A stretch of 64,000 nt of DNA from Marsupella aquatica. Its lineage: Eukaryota > Plantae > Marchantiophyta. Each line of letters starts with the position of its first letter. Within the stretch, counting starts at the first letter, position 1. Positions 61,382-64,000 of the stretch are shown piece after piece. Where the stretch lies: NCBI GenBank assembly GCA_973895155.1, contig OZ316896.1, forward strand, positions 10,551,525 to 10,615,524, given 5' to 3'. The position numbers were made by a program, and so were the translations under genes. The notes beneath the pieces were generated by a model. It saw nothing but the letters and a program-made list of their open reading frames with translations, had not been told where the DNA came from and did no database searches.

Positions 61382-63900
61382 GATATATGATTTCCAGATT
61401 GCCCTTAAAATCTAGCAATAGCTTTCATAGGATGCATAAAATGTTGACCAAAATGTGCAAGGCTTTTGTCAGGCAATTCTACCAGCATAGCATTCCTTCC
61501 CCAATGTCCAGCACTTTGGAGTCCTCCTACATCCATAATTGCAGTTGAACAAATTATGCAGAATTGTTTGCCACTATGAAGTTGCATGTACAGGCCCACT
61601 TACTTGTTGAGAAACTTGAGCACAAGAAGACAAGGCACTACATCAACAAGTATGTGCGCAATTGTATGACTCAAACTTTAGGATTAAAAAACAACCTTGA
61701 ATATTGTACAAGCTTCTATCCTGCAAATATCCCTATGCTTTGCCATTTGCAGTGTTGAAACTTGCAAGTACCAACTTTGTGTGCATGATGTCTGCATTAG
61801 GATATGGAGGAATGTACAGATGCTTGGAACAAGTAGATGCAATTGGCAGAGAGACTGCATAGCGTTGGACACTAAACTTAATATGACATATTGTACTACC
61901 AATGTACTTCTCATTAGTGATAAACTTGTATAATCTGTAAGTTTCAACAGGAGAAAATTGACCCACCGCTTCTTCAAAGAAAGTCTTCAATGTAGACGGG
62001 AAATCGGAATATCTAACCCTTGCCAAGAACTCTACACTTGTAATTCCTTGTAAAAAATGCTCTCATTGCCTTCACTGTGACATCTTTAAATGTACTTTCC
62101 AATACAATCTTCTTTCAATTTCACTCATGGAGCGAGAAAGCATAACAATTTTCACCAAAGAATAAAAACCCTCATGAAGTAATGCACCAACTATGGCACA
62201 AGCCCCAAATAATGTGTCATACACCATGTCTGCATATAGTGATGTCACTGCCATTTGAAATCCTTCATTTGACACGTTGGGGTCCAGACTTATAATACTC
62301 AGGCATTATCTCCTCCATGCTCTCAACTAGACTCCTCCTTCAGTCTTGAGGACCAGTAATAAGGGATTGCATTAAATTGTACCTGCAATAATATGTGTCA
62401 TGTCTCCTATCACATAGGCTTGCTGAACCCAAATGATTCCAATTCATTTGAGTTCATATTCTCAAAAAAATCCCCCAAATCAAGAAGGTACATAACCCAC
62501 CTAAAGTGTGTTCTCCTCGGATTGTAAACATGCCAATGAATGAACTCATTTCCTTTCATAGATGGTATATTAAACTAATAGTGTTTAGAGTTCTGAAAAA
62601 AATAATAACTTAGTAGAGAATATGCAAAATCATGTACAAACAATCAAAAATTGGGAATGTTAAGTACCACATAGGTCAAAATCCTCAAAAATCCTCTGTA
62701 TATATTGATGACTTTTGCTGCAACACTTGCATGTGAATTTCATCCTTTGATGGACAAATGCCCATTGCATGAGCAATAGTTGCCATTGTCATTGGACGTT
62801 GTACTTGTTGTTTCTTTAAAACAAGAAGAAACCTGAGTTGACCAACCACACGCACCTACAAAACCAGTCATGGAAAAAGTTACTTATATTGTTCAACATT
62901 ATGACACAATGCACTCTGTCTATTAAAAATTTTCTAGTCTCATACTTCAAATTGGTAATAGTAATTAAGTGATTCAGGGTTATGTAAATCATTATGGAAG
63001 GGGGCCATCAATGAAAATAGGTGCTAGTCTCACATCTTTTTTGGATATCTCTGTAAAAAAAAATTAGATGTAAGGTGATGAAGTCCGAAAGTACCCTGCT
63101 TGAAAACCTCATGGAACTCCTGCAATTGAGTCATGATGTGACATGAACAAATGTAATTTCATACTTAATCATTGAGTAAATAATGTCAAAAATCCATCAT
63201 TGAGCTAATGAACTTCAAAGATTTGCACTAAGACAACTTACTGAAGAACCATTGAATAAACTTTTCCAAGCCCCAATAAGAAATCGAGTTGCGACACCAC
63301 CGGCATCCAGTGTCAAATTCATCCAATGTTGCTTCACCATCATGCATCACATAGGTCAGTTTTGCTGAGAAGTCAGCAAATATTTGTTGTTTCTTCATGG
63401 CATTTTGACACATCTTTCGAATCACAGACAATTCATCTCCATCGTAGAACTACACATACCATGACAAAAGTGTACAATTAGTTTACCTCAATCAATCATT
63501 ACTTTGTGAAAACCATTCATTGTCAACAAAACCAACAAAAGTAAAGCTATATAGGTCTATCCATGTATAATAGCCTGAACGCGTATCTAAAATGTTACCT
63601 GAATCTATATACATGTGGTACTTGCCGTTGGAATCGTCAAAATTGAAATAGTCCATTGTCAGAGATTTGATGGACTCTCAACGACACAATGCTTTGTAAT
63701 TTTTGTCTCTTTTTTGGCCTTTATGTACAAATCATCACAGTTTATTTGCAGTGGTGATGAAGGGCATTTTCCAATCCAGTCAATATATTCTTCTCATAGT
63801 GAGATGATCTGGGCTTCTGAAAATTTGCCCTTGGCAAATGAGTTTGGGCAATCCCTATCATAAGCAATCCAAGAATTTGTTGAATTATTACATATCAACA
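61382..63900 (-). pseudogene. Degenerate multi-exon coding-like remnant of unknown type, probably continuing at ~47300-48027
   Basis: Short minus-strand ORFs bounded by plausible splice signals; no motif recognised. Confidence 0.25.
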
Positions 63901-64000
63901 AATCCCTCAATGGACCCTGCTTAAGTTGAATGATTGCAAAGTAAAATTTTAAAATTGGTAGCAAGAGAATCCAATGGAGATGAGATGCAAGCTTTTGGTA

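Overview
Eukaryotic, transposon-only (heterochromatin-like) DNA, most likely from a non-seed land plant such as a liverwort. That origin is inferred from the TE families and GT-AG introns. No intact host gene, rRNA, tRNA or CRISPR was seen. Layout: a LINE fragment (~710-2091), then a CACTA/EnSpm element (left end 2092, probable right end ~46960) carrying EDM2-type PHD and tandem BRCT cargo. Four elements are nested inside the CACTA. (i) A young 15.5-kb Ty3/Gypsy element (3551-19054, TSD CTTCC) whose 4640-bp LTRs each encode two proteins and which has a -1 frameshift/pseudoknot signal after gag-protease. (ii) A 9.4-kb TIR-less insertion encoding a P-element-like DDE transposase plus a second EDM2-type PHD gene. 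(iii-iv) Two LINE insertions, one of them split by two TG..CA insertions. Further right, a LINE flanked by a 272-bp duplication hosts a TIR-bounded 11.6-kb element (48061-59696). That element encodes a spliced ParB-like-domain + beta-class amino-DNA-methyltransferase gene and an F-box-like ORF, and its non-coding parts carry about 21 copies of a 14-18-bp palindrome (CGATAAATTTATCG). This parS-like / self-marking arrangement is the most novel signal in the window. All domain calls are motif recognition by eye, not database results.
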